Assembly: GCA_943356745.1 (NCBI GenBank) | Contig: CALRFT010000003.1 | Span: 10,853-74,852 of the forward strand | DNA from: Parcubacteria group bacterium | GTDB taxonomy: Bacteria; Patescibacteriota; Minisyncoccia; Phycocordibacterales; CSBR16-119 | Length of the DNA: 64,000 nt | Reading direction: 5' to 3' | Shown here: positions 1 through 9,224 of the stretch, in pieces | Position numbering within the stretch: the stretch's first letter is position 1 | Layout of the letters: each line of letters opens with the position of its first letter | The notes under the pieces: model-generated | What the model was told of the DNA's origin: nothing | The model's database searches: none | What the model saw: the letters and a program-made list of their open reading frames with translations, nothing else | Position numbers and translations under genes: made by a program

Positions 1-404
1 CCTGGAATTTCATGAGTCGCAATCAAATACTGAACAAGGAAACGATGAAAATCATCCTCAAGGTGAGGATTTCCCATGGCAGAAACAATATTCAGTGCGT
101 TTTTGAGACCCTTTTCAAGTAAAATACCAAAGAGTTCTTCAATCTGTCTGTCGTGTGATTCTGGTTTGAGCTTCAGTGTAATATGCGCTTCTTCTTGTGG
201 AGTGATTACAGAATCTTCATGAAGAACAACCTCTGTAGGAAGATTTTTATAGGTTTCAATAGTATGTATCGCTGCAACTTCTTTTGGTTTTTCAAAATTA
301 AGACTTGCAAGTTCTTGTTCCTTTGAAGCAAGTTGACGCTTCAAAAAAGCAACCTCATCTTCTGGATTATTAAATTGTGGAATAGGTTCTTTAAACGACA
401 ACAT
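1..404 (-). CDS. hypothetical protein, 5' part only (N-terminal 134 aa; continues past window start)
   Basis: Minus-strand ATG at 404..402, open to position 1 (MLSFKEPIPQFNNPEDEVAFLKRQL...). Absent from the ORF track because no stop lies in the window. No recognisable family. Confidence 0.35.
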   Translation of the reverse strand, partial: MLSFKEPIPQFNNPEDEVAFLKRQLASKEQELASLNFEKPKEVAAIHTIETYKNLPTEVVLHEDSVITPQEEAHITLKLKPESHDRQIEELFGILLEKGLKNALNIVSAMGNPHLEDDFHRFLVQYLIATHEIP

Positions 405-433
405 ATATATTTCTATTGTATCATTTTTCCAAA

Positions 434-466
434 AATAAAAACCATCTTATTGATGGTTTTTATTTC
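434..466. terminator. rho-independent terminator hairpin (aaaaaccatc-ttat-gatggttttt) downstream of map
   Basis: Perfect GC-poor stem flanked by A-run and T-run; reads as a terminator on either strand. Confidence 0.6.
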
Positions 467-1230
467 GTCAAAACTATTGTTCCCTCTTCTGTAATTGCAA
501 TTGTATGTTCAAAGTGTGTAGCAAGAGAGCCGTCATACGTAACATAGGTATATTCATCTTCTGTGACCGCAACCTCATCAGTCCCAAGTGTAAGCATCGG
601 TTCAATCGCAAGAACCATTCCTGGAACAAGTTTTGGGCCATCGCCTTTTTTTCCATAGTTTGGAACATATGGTTCTTCATGAACAGAATATCCAACACCA
701 TGACCAGCAAGAATTTTTACAATTCCGTATCCATATGGTTTTACAAATTGTTCAATCGCATAACCGATATCACCGACAGTATTTCCAACAACTGCTGCTT
801 TAATACCCACATGTAATGCTTCTTTGGTAATTGAAATAATCTTACGTGCTTCATCGCTTACCTCTCCACAAGCAATTGTGATTGCAGCATCCGTAATCAT
901 TCCTTTATGTTTTAGACCAATATCAACAGAAACAATATCTCCCTCCTGAAAGATAATATCCTCATGTGGAATACCGTGAACAACTTCATCGTTTACCGAA
1001 ACACAAACAGCTGCAGGGTATGGGTAAGAAACTCCTTCTGGTGTGTAATTCAAAAATGCAGGAGTAACTCCGGCTTCTTCAAACAAAGCTCTTGCGAGAG
1101 TGTCAATTTCCATAGCTGACACTCCTGGCTTTACAGCTTCTCCAAGCGCGCGCAAAATATGACCGTGAATACGACCTCCTTCTTTCAAAATTTCAATATC
1201 TTCTTTTGTTTTTAACTGAATATGATTCAT
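460..1230 (-). CDS. map: methionine aminopeptidase type I
   Basis: 256 aa with the pita-bread metalloprotease pattern (..VCVSVNDEVVHGIP.., ..SVDIG.., ..AGHGVG..). Sits after adk and secY as in the canonical spc-operon tail. Confidence 0.9.
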   Translation of the reverse strand: MNHIQLKTKEDIEILKEGGRIHGHILRALGEAVKPGVSAMEIDTLARALFEEAGVTPAFLNYTPEGVSYPYPAAVCVSVNDEVVHGIPHEDIIFQEGDIVSVDIGLKHKGMITDAAITIACGEVSDEARKIISITKEALHVGIKAAVVGNTVGDIGYAIEQFVKPYGYGIVKILAGHGVGYSVHEEPYVPNYGKKGDGPKLVPGMVLAIEPMLTLGTDEVAVTEDEYTYVTYDGSLATHFEHTIAITEEGTIVLTK

Positions 1231-1236
1231 GAATTT

Positions 1237-1827
1237 TTATCGAGTAGCCAATCGTGAAATAAGCTCATTGTGAACATCTTCAACTGACTGCTCTCCATTA
1301 ATTTCAAGAAATACGTAATCTGGATGTTCATGGAAATACGCCATTGAAGGAACAACATTCCATTCAAACCATTCCAAACGACTTTTAATATATGCATCTG
1401 TGTCATCTCTTCGCCCTCGTGCTTTCATACGATCAAACGCCCAATTGTTTGACACGTTAATGTAGATAATGATTGGATTATTTTGTCCAAAAAATTTAAG
1501 AGCTGAGTCAAGAACCGGAGCTTCTGCTGGACGTCTACACAAACCATCAAGTATCAAATCTTGTGTTCCGTTATAATTTTTAACTAAAAAGTCTGTCCAA
1601 AGCCAGATAGGCATAAACACAGGCATGAGTCCACCATCTGTCAAAACCTGTTTAGTAAGATTTGCAGTATGAGATCCAGTCTCCATAAACTGACGAAATC
1701 CTTCTCCTGTTTCAATATAGAGAACTTCATTCCCTTTTGTTTTTTTAAGATATTCTCCTAATATTTTTGCCTGAGTTCCTTTCCCAGAACCAGATTTACC
1801 AAAGAAAACGAATGTTTGTGGACGCAT
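1237..1827 (-). CDS. adk: adenylate kinase-like nucleoside monophosphate kinase
   Basis: P-loop GKSGSGKGTQA at the N-terminus and position between secY and map. Sequence is divergent from canonical Adk. Confidence 0.7.
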   Translation of the reverse strand: MRPQTFVFFGKSGSGKGTQAKILGEYLKKTKGNEVLYIETGEGFRQFMETGSHTANLTKQVLTDGGLMPVFMPIWLWTDFLVKNYNGTQDLILDGLCRRPAEAPVLDSALKFFGQNNPIIIYINVSNNWAFDRMKARGRRDDTDAYIKSRLEWFEWNVVPSMAYFHEHPDYVFLEINGEQSVEDVHNELISRLATR

Positions 1828-1893
1828 AATACTTGTTAATTAAATTAGATAAATACATTCGCAGTATAACACAAGAACCCTTGAATTAAAACA

Positions 1894-1925
1894 AAAATCC
1901 GCCCTGTTGGGGGCGGATTTTTGTT
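1894..1925. terminator. hairpin aaaatccgccc-tgtt-gggggcggatttt immediately after the secY stop
   Basis: GC-rich 11-bp stem plus U-run; bidirectional. Confidence 0.6.
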
Positions 1926-3191
1926 TTAATATTGTCGCATTGCAACAGCGCCATCAAGTTTCTTTGTAATATCAATAATTACAGAAACCACAATGAGGAG
2001 TGCTGTTCCTCCAATTGTAAGTGAAGGAATTCCAGTAAGTTGTTGTGTGAGCACAGGAAGTACTGCAATCAACCCAAGGAATAATCCTCCCAAGAATGTA
2101 ATTCGTTTTACAATTTTTTCAATATATTCCTTTGTTGAATTTCCTGGACGAACTCCTGGAATAAAGGCACCTTGCTTTTGAAGATTTGAAGCCATAGCAT
2201 CAGCATCAAAAGTAATAGATGTATAGAAATATGTAAATGCAAATACAAGTGCAAAGTATACAAGTGAGTACACCCATACTGATTGCAAGAACCAGTTAAG
2301 AGCATTCACCACCCCTCCTGCCCAAGACGCACTTGAAGCTGAAAGGAAAGTTACGATAAGTTGTGGGAAAAGAAGGATAGAGAGAGCGAAGATGATTGGC
2401 ATCACTCCCGCCATATTTACCTTCAAAGGAACAAAACTATGTACTGTTCCTGATCCACCTTGTCGTGATGCATTTGCATACGTTGTCGGAATAAGACGTT
2501 CCGCTTCTGTTACAAGAATAACTCCTGCGATAATAAGAAGAGCGAGAACCACAAATGCCAAGTATAGTGGGATTTGTGCAACATCAAATGTGAATGAGAA
2601 CTGACTTATTTGAGATGGGATTGCAGAAACGATACCTGCAAAGATAATCACAGATACCCCGTTTCCAATTCCATACTCAGAAATAAGTTCTCCAAGCCAC
2701 ATAAGGATGAATGATCCAGCGATAATAGAAGCTAAGTTTGTAACTGTTTGAAGAGTTGTTTGATCAACAAGAACTCCTTGTTGTTGCAAAAGAAGCAAAA
2801 GACCAAAACCTTGAATTGCTGCCAATGGGATAGTAATGATTCGAGAGATTTGCGTAAATCGATCTCGTCCAATCGCACCTTCTTCATGGAACATTGATTT
2901 CAACCGAGGTGAAATCACAGTAAGGAGTTGCATTACAATTGAAGATGTAATGAACGGTCCCACTCCAAGAAGAACCAATGACAGTGATGATAAACCTCCT
3001 CCAGAGAAAATGTTTAGAAGTCCAAAGAATTGATTTGTTTGCAATAGACTTTGAAGTTGAAATACATCTACACCTGGAACTGGAATCGAAGACAGCATTC
3101 GAAATACAATCAAAATTCCCAAAAGGAATAAAATCTTGTTTCGAATAGACTTATCTTTTAAAACCACCGTTAGTTTTTGCCAAAATTTCAT
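1926..3191 (-). CDS. secY: preprotein translocase subunit SecY
   Basis: 421 aa, about 10 TM segments, SecY signature region (GxGPFITSSIV..., LGELISEYGIGNGVS). Confidence 0.95.
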   Translation of the reverse strand: MKFWQKLTVVLKDKSIRNKILFLLGILIVFRMLSSIPVPGVDVFQLQSLLQTNQFFGLLNIFSGGGLSSLSLVLLGVGPFITSSIVMQLLTVISPRLKSMFHEEGAIGRDRFTQISRIITIPLAAIQGFGLLLLLQQQGVLVDQTTLQTVTNLASIIAGSFILMWLGELISEYGIGNGVSVIIFAGIVSAIPSQISQFSFTFDVAQIPLYLAFVVLALLIIAGVILVTEAERLIPTTYANASRQGGSGTVHSFVPLKVNMAGVMPIIFALSILLFPQLIVTFLSASSASWAGGVVNALNWFLQSVWVYSLVYFALVFAFTYFYTSITFDADAMASNLQKQGAFIPGVRPGNSTKEYIEKIVKRITFLGGLFLGLIAVLPVLTQQLTGIPSLTIGGTALLIVVSVIIDITKKLDGAVAMRQY

Positions 3192-3256
3192 AATATTAGT
3201 ATATCACCAGGAAACCCTATTGGATATAGCTATCCAATAGATGAACCCTGACGTAA

Positions 3257-3706
3257 TTATGCTTTTACTGTTCCACCAAGCGCTTCAATTTTTGTTTGCG
3301 CACTTTTTGAAACTGCACAACCAATAATAGTAAGCTTCTTTGTTAATTCTCCAGATGCAAGAATTTTCACTTCTGGGAGTTTACCACTCTTTCGTTCAAT
3401 AATTCCTTTTTCTGCAAGAGTTTTTGGAGAAACGATATCGTTATTAGAGAACAACTCAAGTGAAACAAGATTCACTGCAAATGCTTTTTCTTTTGATCCA
3501 TCTACAGTTTGAGCTCGGTTTTTACCGTGACCTCGAAGTTTTGGAAGCTTCTTGATAAGGTCAAGATACGCAGGTCGAATACTGTGTCCAGCTCGTGCCT
3601 TTTGTCCCTTGTGTCCTCGTCCTGAAGTTTTTCCTCGTGTACCTCCTCGTCCTACAAGTTTCTTTTTAGCATTTTTTACCTTTCGTTTAAGAGTATGAGT
3701 TTGCAT
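3257..3706 (-). CDS. rplO: 50S ribosomal protein L15
   Basis: Gly/Arg/Lys-rich N-terminus RGGTRGKTSGRGHKGQKAR typical of L15; operon position. Confidence 0.9.
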   Translation of the reverse strand: MQTHTLKRKVKNAKKKLVGRGGTRGKTSGRGHKGQKARAGHSIRPAYLDLIKKLPKLRGHGKNRAQTVDGSKEKAFAVNLVSLELFSNNDIVSPKTLAEKGIIERKSGKLPEVKILASGELTKKLTIIGCAVSKSAQTKIEALGGTVKA

Positions 3707-3725
3707 AGTCGTGTGAGAAAGTAAA

Positions 3726-4385
3726 TTATTTTACTTCTTGTGTATTACTTGTAGATTCGACCATCTTCCCTGTTGGAAGTTTTTTAAGAGCAAGCATTGT
3801 TGCTCGAACATTGTTGATTGGGTTTTTACTTCGAGTATAAATCTTTGCAGTAACATCTGTCATACCTGCAAGATTGAAAATATCTCGAATCGCTGCTCCT
3901 GACACAAGTCCTTTTCCTTTGTTTGGTGAAAGCCAAATTTGAGATGACTTGTATTTTGCTTCCACTTCATGTGGAATAGAAGCATTTTTTGTTCGAGGAA
4001 TAGTCATCATATGCTTCTTTGCACTTTGAAGTGCTTTGTTGATAGCAAGTGATGTGTCGTTTGACTTACCTGTCCCAAAACCAATTCGTCCATTTTTGTC
4101 TCCGATAAGCATTGCAACAGCAAATGAAAATCGTCGTCCTCCAGCCATAACTCGAGTTACTCGTCGGATACTTACAATTTTTTGATCGAACTCAGGTTTT
4201 ACACGTTCAGGTCGCTTTCCTCCTCGTGGTCCACCTTTTGGTCCACCAAAACGTCGTTGTCCACCAGATTGTGGTGCACTACTTCCTGGAGCTCCTGGAG
4301 CTCGCCGTGGCGCACCTTTTGGAGCAAATTTTGGAGTAAAAGTTCCTCCCGTATTATTTGTTTTTGTTACGTTTTTTGTTTCCAT
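3726..4385 (-). CDS. rpsE: 30S ribosomal protein S5, with Gly/Pro/Arg-rich N-terminal extension
   Basis: RVMAGGRRFSFAVAMLIGDKNGRIGFGTGKS core. The 219-aa length reflects a low-complexity N-terminal extension. Confidence 0.9.
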   Translation of the reverse strand: METKNVTKTNNTGGTFTPKFAPKGAPRRAPGAPGSSAPQSGGQRRFGGPKGGPRGGKRPERVKPEFDQKIVSIRRVTRVMAGGRRFSFAVAMLIGDKNGRIGFGTGKSNDTSLAINKALQSAKKHMMTIPRTKNASIPHEVEAKYKSSQIWLSPNKGKGLVSGAAIRDIFNLAGMTDVTAKIYTRSKNPINNVRATMLALKKLPTGKMVESTSNTQEVK

Positions 4386-4390
4386 ATAAC

Positions 4391-4744
4391 TTAGAATGTT
4401 AGCCCAGCACTTCGTGCTGTGTCTGCCAATGTTTTTACTCGACCAACATACTTGTATCCATTTCTATCAAATACAACTGTATTGATTTTCTTTTCGAGAG
4501 CCAATTTTGCAATTATTTCTCCTACCTTTGCTGCTCGCTCAGCTTTTGATCCATCTTTCATCTTTCGATCAGATGCAGAAACAAGAGTTACCCGAGAAAC
4601 ATCGTCAATCAATTGTGCGTAGATTGATTTGTTTGAACGAAACACTGTAAATCGTGGTCGTTCAGCTGTTCCTTTCACTTGTGAACGAATTCGCTTTTTA
4701 ATTCGGAAACGTTTCGCAAGTTTAATATTTTTTATAGTTTTCAT
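4391..4744 (-). CDS. rplR: 50S ribosomal protein L18
   Basis: [14 protein letters not shown].. motif; 117 aa; operon context. Confidence 0.9.
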   Translation of the reverse strand: MKTIKNIKLAKRFRIKKRIRSQVKGTAERPRFTVFRSNKSIYAQLIDDVSRVTLVSASDRKMKDGSKAERAAKVGEIIAKLALEKKINTVVFDRNGYKYVGRVKTLADTARSAGLTF

Positions 4745-4765
4745 ATAAATGTATTTAAGAAGATA

Positions 4766-5299
4766 TTATGCAGACTTCTTACCTTGCTTACGTCTAATAT
4801 ATTCTCCAACATATCGAATACCTTTCCCTTTGTATGGTTCTGGTTTCTTAAGTGCTCGAATACTTGCTGCAAATTGTCCGACCTTTTCTTTATCAATTCC
4901 TGTAATAGTCATGTTGTTCTTTTCAATAACAACCTCAAGTCCAGCTGGAACTTCTACACGAACTTCGTGAGAAAATCCAAGGTTCATAACTATAGTTTTT
5001 CCATCAATATTCATACGGTATCCAACTCCTTCAAGAGCAAGTTGCTTTTTGTATGGTTCTACCAAACCAGCAATCATGTTTTTGATATGAGAAGCGTATG
5101 TTCCCCAAAGTGCATATGAGAAATTACTATCATCATTTGGTTTCAATGTGATTTCATTTCCATTGATCATAATATCGATATTATTTTTGAACGGTCGAGA
5201 AAGTTCACCTTTTGAACTTTTCGCTGTGAATACTCCATCAGCAAGTGATACAGTAACACCTTCGGGAATTTGTATGATTTGTTTTCCTACTCGTGACAT
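4766..5299 (-). CDS. rplF: 50S ribosomal protein L6
   Basis: MSRVGKQIIQIPEGVTV.. is the canonical L6 N-terminus. The track ORF extends upstream to 5368, but the internal Met at 5299 gives 177 aa and avoids a long overlap with rpsH. Confidence 0.85.
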   Translation of the reverse strand: MSRVGKQIIQIPEGVTVSLADGVFTAKSSKGELSRPFKNNIDIMINGNEITLKPNDDSNFSYALWGTYASHIKNMIAGLVEPYKKQLALEGVGYRMNIDGKTIVMNLGFSHEVRVEVPAGLEVVIEKNNMTITGIDKEKVGQFAASIRALKKPEPYKGKGIRYVGEYIRRKQGKKSA

Positions 5300-5306
5300 A
5301 TATTTC

Positions 5307-5696
5307 TTACCAAATCTTAAACAACGCTTCCCCTCCGACTTGTTCTTTTCGTGCTGATTTTCCATCAAGCACTCCTTTTGGAGTTGAAAGTACTAGTAAT
5401 CCATATCCGTTTCGAACCGATCGAATATCGTTTGTTCCAAAATAAATTCTTCGTGAAGGTCGAGAAACTCGCTCTACATGAGTAACCTTTGGTTCTTTTC
5501 CTTTGTATATAAGTTCAAGCTCAAGTGCTGGAAATCCATCTTTCCCTGTTTTTTTAGAAGCAGTTTTGATGAATCCGTTTTTTAGCAAGCACTGTGCAAT
5601 GGCATGCTTATACTTTGAGTAAGGAGTCACAACTGATTCCTTTCCTGCAAGGTTTGCATTTTTTACCATTACGAGCATATCTGCGATTTTATCCAT
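5307..5696 (-). CDS. rpsH: 30S ribosomal protein S8
   Basis: MDKIADMLVMVKNANLAGKE.. is a typical S8 N-terminus; 129 aa. Confidence 0.9.
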   Translation of the reverse strand: MDKIADMLVMVKNANLAGKESVVTPYSKYKHAIAQCLLKNGFIKTASKKTGKDGFPALELELIYKGKEPKVTHVERVSRPSRRIYFGTNDIRSVRNGYGLLVLSTPKGVLDGKSARKEQVGGEALFKIW

Positions 5697-5734
5697 AATT
5701 ATTGTTGTATAGAAAGCAAAAACTTTCTATGTAA

Positions 5735-6004
5735 TTACCATGAAGACTTACGAATTCCAGGAATCATCCCTTCGTTTGCAAGTTCACGAAACTTAATTCG
5801 AGACATTCCGAATGCTCGGAGATATCCTTTTGATCGACCTGTGAAAGCACATTGGTTCTTTCGGCGTGTTGGCGAAGAGTTTCGAGGCAGCTTTTGAAGC
5901 GCTTCGAGATCTCCGTCTGCCTTAAGCTGCGCTCGCTTTGTAGCGTACTTTTGGTACATTCGCTCTTTTTTGATATTTCGAGCGATAAGAGATTTTTTAG
6001 CCAT
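5735..6004 (-). CDS. rpsN: 30S ribosomal protein S14
   Basis: 89 aa, [56 protein letters not shown].. is clear S14. Confidence 0.9.
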   Translation of the reverse strand: MAKKSLIARNIKKERMYQKYATKRAQLKADGDLEALQKLPRNSSPTRRKNQCAFTGRSKGYLRAFGMSRIKFRELANEGMIPGIRKSSW

Positions 6005-6251
6005 GTGTGACTAGTATCTAGTAGATATCACGCTAAAACTATTGAAATTACAGCATTTTGCTGTAGTTTTAAGAGAATTTACGGATCTACACATTATTCT
6101 ATTAAATGTGCCTGAGTTCCCTCAGACAGACCTCATACTACTTCCTAAACCCTTATTTGTCAATGTTTTTCAGACTCAAGAAAAGCTGGCAAAAGCCAGC
6201 TTTTCTCACAGACCTAGGGTAGCGAATTGATCTGTTATTTTAATTATAACA

Positions 6252-6407
6252 CTAACAATCAGATCGAAAACTACAAATAACAGAAGCTGGGGATTGAGGT
6301 TCGTTACCCTGTCCCTCGAATGAATTTGCCACCATAACTCCAACAAGACCCATGAGGATTATGAGTGAAAATAGAAGAATAGTTTTTATAAAGTGACCAT
6401 TAAACAT
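6252..6407 (-). CDS. possible small hydrophobic peptide (51 aa) in a 440-nt intergenic region
   Basis: ATG at 6407, stop at 6252: MFNGHFIKTILLFSLIILMGLVGVMVANSFEGQGNEPQSPASVICSFRSDC. One predicted TM or signal segment. No homology recognised, and it is below the ORF-track cutoff. Confidence 0.25.
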   Translation of the reverse strand: MFNGHFIKTILLFSLIILMGLVGVMVANSFEGQGNEPQSPASVICSFRSDC

Positions 6408-6448
6408 GAGCCAATTATATCATACAGAAATAATTTTAATGATATACT

Positions 6449-7840
6449 TTGTGTATGAAATTGAGTCACAAGAAAAAAATTGCATACACTGGCGGAATTA
6501 TCGCAATTGCAACAATTTCTTTTTTTGTGGTTCACAATCTCAATTTTTCAAAAAGTACTGCAAAAATATACGAGAAGAAACTTCAAAAAACCGAACAATC
6601 TCTTGAAATATTTCAATCACAGGATTTTACACTCTCAAATCAAGATGGTTCCGTACAACACACCATCTCAAAAGAAAATCTTGGTCTTTTTGCAAGTGTC
6701 ATAGATGATCCAAAAACAGGATTTCCAACAATAGATATCTATGATCCCCTTCTTACAGAAGAACTTCAAAACTATAACCAAGAAATGCAGGATGCGTATT
6801 TTAAAATACATGAAGATAACTCTATAGAAATTATTCCTTCAAAACTTGGTGTTCGAGTTGATATTACAAATACAGAGCAATCCATCATTAAAAGTATTAA
6901 ATCGAAACAACACTCTACTGAAATTATATTTGAAAGTATCGAGCCAGATCTCACAACAAAAGAAGCGGAGGAGCTACAAATAAAACACCCTATTGTTTCA
7001 TTCACCACTTATTTCTCTTGTTGTGAAGCACGAGCAAAAAATATACAACAGGTTGCAAAGGTTGTTGATGGAGCACTTGTGTTCCCAGGACAAGAATTTA
7101 ATCTCAATACCCACATCGGAAAACGAACTGAGGACAGAGGCTTTCTTCCAGCAGGAACTATTGTAAAAGGAAGTATGATTGAAACAGTTGGTGGAGGAAT
7201 CAGTCAGTTTGCAACAACTTTTTACAACGCAGTATATTGGGGTGGATTCCAAGATATTAGTCACACACCACACAGTCGATATTTTTCTCGATATCCAGAA
7301 GGAATTGAAGCAACAATCTCATGGCCTGAGCCTCATCTTATTTTTAAAAATAACAGATCTCACGGAATCTTAATACAAACAAAAACCGGAGATACTTATG
7401 TGACTGTAACTTTTTTTGGAAACAATGATGGACGATATATTCAAGGAAAACACAAAGGTGGAGAAACAATAGTCACAACAATTTCAGAAGGTGGAGAGAA
7501 CGCACAAATAGTAGAATCTACCGTTGAAAACAAAACAGATATCTATCCACCAAAAGAGATTTACTATGTTGATGAAAATCTCGAAAAAAATGCAATCTAT
7601 CATAAAACACCGGGACGACACAGTTACTCGGTTGATATCATTCGAACAATCAAAAATAAAGCTGGAGACATTTTAGAATCAAGAAAATGGAAAACATTTT
7701 ATCTTTCAGAAGACAAAGAGTTTATGGTTCAATCTTGCGAGTTTGCACCAGAGCAAAGTATTTGTAAGACAAAGGAAGATGTAGAAAACGAAAAAAAATC
7801 TCTTGAGGAATTCTTTCAAGAATTAGAAAAAAATAGCTAA
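6449..7840 (+). CDS. VanW-family protein (membrane-anchored, cell-wall associated)
   Basis: N-terminal TM segment, then the VanW signature ..VFPGQEFNLN..GGGISQFATTFYNAVYWGG... The start may be the Met two codons downstream (6455). Confidence 0.75.
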   Translation: MCMKLSHKKKIAYTGGIIAIATISFFVVHNLNFSKSTAKIYEKKLQKTEQSLEIFQSQDFTLSNQDGSVQHTISKENLGLFASVIDDPKTGFPTIDIYDPLLTEELQNYNQEMQDAYFKIHEDNSIEIIPSKLGVRVDITNTEQSIIKSIKSKQHSTEIIFESIEPDLTTKEAEELQIKHPIVSFTTYFSCCEARAKNIQQVAKVVDGALVFPGQEFNLNTHIGKRTEDRGFLPAGTIVKGSMIETVGGGISQFATTFYNAVYWGGFQDISHTPHSRYFSRYPEGIEATISWPEPHLIFKNNRSHGILIQTKTGDTYVTVTFFGNNDGRYIQGKHKGGETIVTTISEGGENAQIVESTVENKTDIYPPKEIYYVDENLEKNAIYHKTPGRHSYSVDIIRTIKNKAGDILESRKWKTFYLSEDKEFMVQSCEFAPEQSICKTKEDVENEKKSLEEFFQELEKNS

Positions 7841-7841
7841 T

Positions 7842-7866
7842 AAAACACCTATTGCAGGGTGTTTTA
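7842..7866 (+). terminator. hairpin acacc-tattgc-ggtgt with T-run after the VanW gene, followed by an extended -10-like element (TGGTATACT)
   Basis: Seen directly in sequence; weak stem. Confidence 0.4.
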
Positions 7867-7868
7867 TT

Positions 7869-9221
7869 TTGACCTACTTAGTGGTATACTCTCGACAAGT
7901 TATGAAAAATATCGAAAGAATTTTTATCCTATTTTGGGGAGATATTGTCATACTATTCTCCTCTTTTTGGTTGACCCTTATTGTTGGTTTTTGGGGTGAT
8001 TTTAATCAAGAAATTATAGAATCTCACTCTGTTCCCTTTTTCTTTTTACATATAGGTTGGGTTATCATTCTCTTTCTTTTTAATCTTTATGAACTCAAGC
8101 TTTCAAAACCAAATATTTCAAATTTAAAAAATATTGGACAAGCACTTGTTTCTTGCTTTTTACTTGGAATAGTTTTTTTCTACCTTACACCTTTTTTTGA
8201 GATTACACCTAAGATAAATCTTGTTATAAATACCGTTACTTTCGGTGGACTCTTTTTCCTTTGGAGAAGAATGTTTTATCTATTATTTGCAAAAAATTTC
8301 AGGAAAAAAGCAATTCTTATAACCAGCGAGTCAAATCAAGTAAAAATTAATTTTATAAATTTCCTTGAAAATAATCCTCACACAGGAATTGAAATTGTAA
8401 ACTCATATACAGATGCTGAAGTATTCCTATCTCAAGAATACTCAAATATAGACATATTAATTGTTTCTGGAAATGTTCTTAAAAACCCACAAATATTTAA
8501 AGCTATCTTTAAAAGAAATATTGAAATATTAGAATTTACTCAAGCATATGAAAATCTTCTAGCAAAAATCCCAATCGATACTATCGATGAATCTTGGCTG
8601 ATCCACAAAATACCTGAAGAAAATATTCTCTATAAAACAATTAAAAGATGTGTTGATATTTTTATTTCCTCTCTTGCGTTGATTATTTTTTCTCCTTTTC
8701 TCATACTTGCAATAATATCAATCAAACTCCAAGATAGAGGACCGATCTTTATCAAACAAACACGGACCGGAAAACATAATATCCCATTTAAACTTCTCAA
8801 ATTACGCTCAATGGTTTCATTACACTCTGATGGTTCAGCAGAGTCAGGAGGAGTTCCGACCTGGGCAGAAAAAAATGACCCAAGAATCACCTCTGTTGGA
8901 AACATACTCAGAAAAACACACATTGATGAATTACCACAACTCATTAATGTACTTCGTGGAGATATTTCACTTGTGGGACCAAGACCGGAACGCCCAGAAT
9001 TTGTCGCAAAACTCGAGCAAGAAATTCCCTTCTATCACATGAGACATATCATCAAACCAGGCTTCACCGGCTGGGCTCAAATCAAGTTCAGATACGCGCG
9101 AAATGTTTTGGATAGTAAAGAGAAGTTTGAATATGATTTGTACTATATTAAAAATAGAAATATAATTCTTGATTTTGGTATTATTACCAAAACAATACAA
9201 ATTATTTTTACCCATCAATAA
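7869..9221 (+). CDS. undecaprenyl-phosphate hexose-1-phosphate transferase (WbaP/bacterial sugar transferase family), the initiating glycosyltransferase
   Basis: Four or five N-terminal TM helices, then the C-terminal bacterial sugar transferase domain: DIFISSLALIIFSPFLILAIISIKLQDRGPIFIKQTRTGKHNIPFKLLKLRSM ... DELPQLINVLRGDISLVGPRPERPEF. Confidence 0.85.
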   Translation: MTYLVVYSRQVMKNIERIFILFWGDIVILFSSFWLTLIVGFWGDFNQEIIESHSVPFFFLHIGWVIILFLFNLYELKLSKPNISNLKNIGQALVSCFLLGIVFFYLTPFFEITPKINLVINTVTFGGLFFLWRRMFYLLFAKNFRKKAILITSESNQVKINFINFLENNPHTGIEIVNSYTDAEVFLSQEYSNIDILIVSGNVLKNPQIFKAIFKRNIEILEFTQAYENLLAKIPIDTIDESWLIHKIPEENILYKTIKRCVDIFISSLALIIFSPFLILAIISIKLQDRGPIFIKQTRTGKHNIPFKLLKLRSMVSLHSDGSAESGGVPTWAEKNDPRITSVGNILRKTHIDELPQLINVLRGDISLVGPRPERPEFVAKLEQEIPFYHMRHIIKPGFTGWAQIKFRYARNVLDSKEKFEYDLYYIKNRNIILDFGIITKTIQIIFTHQ

Positions 9222-9224
9222 ACA

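Noticed and set aside
5300-5368. 23-codon upstream extension of rplF overlapping rpsH
   Set aside because: The canonical L6 N-terminus MSRVGK starts at 5299. The extension would overlap the rpsH 3' end by 60 nt and has no L6 homology.
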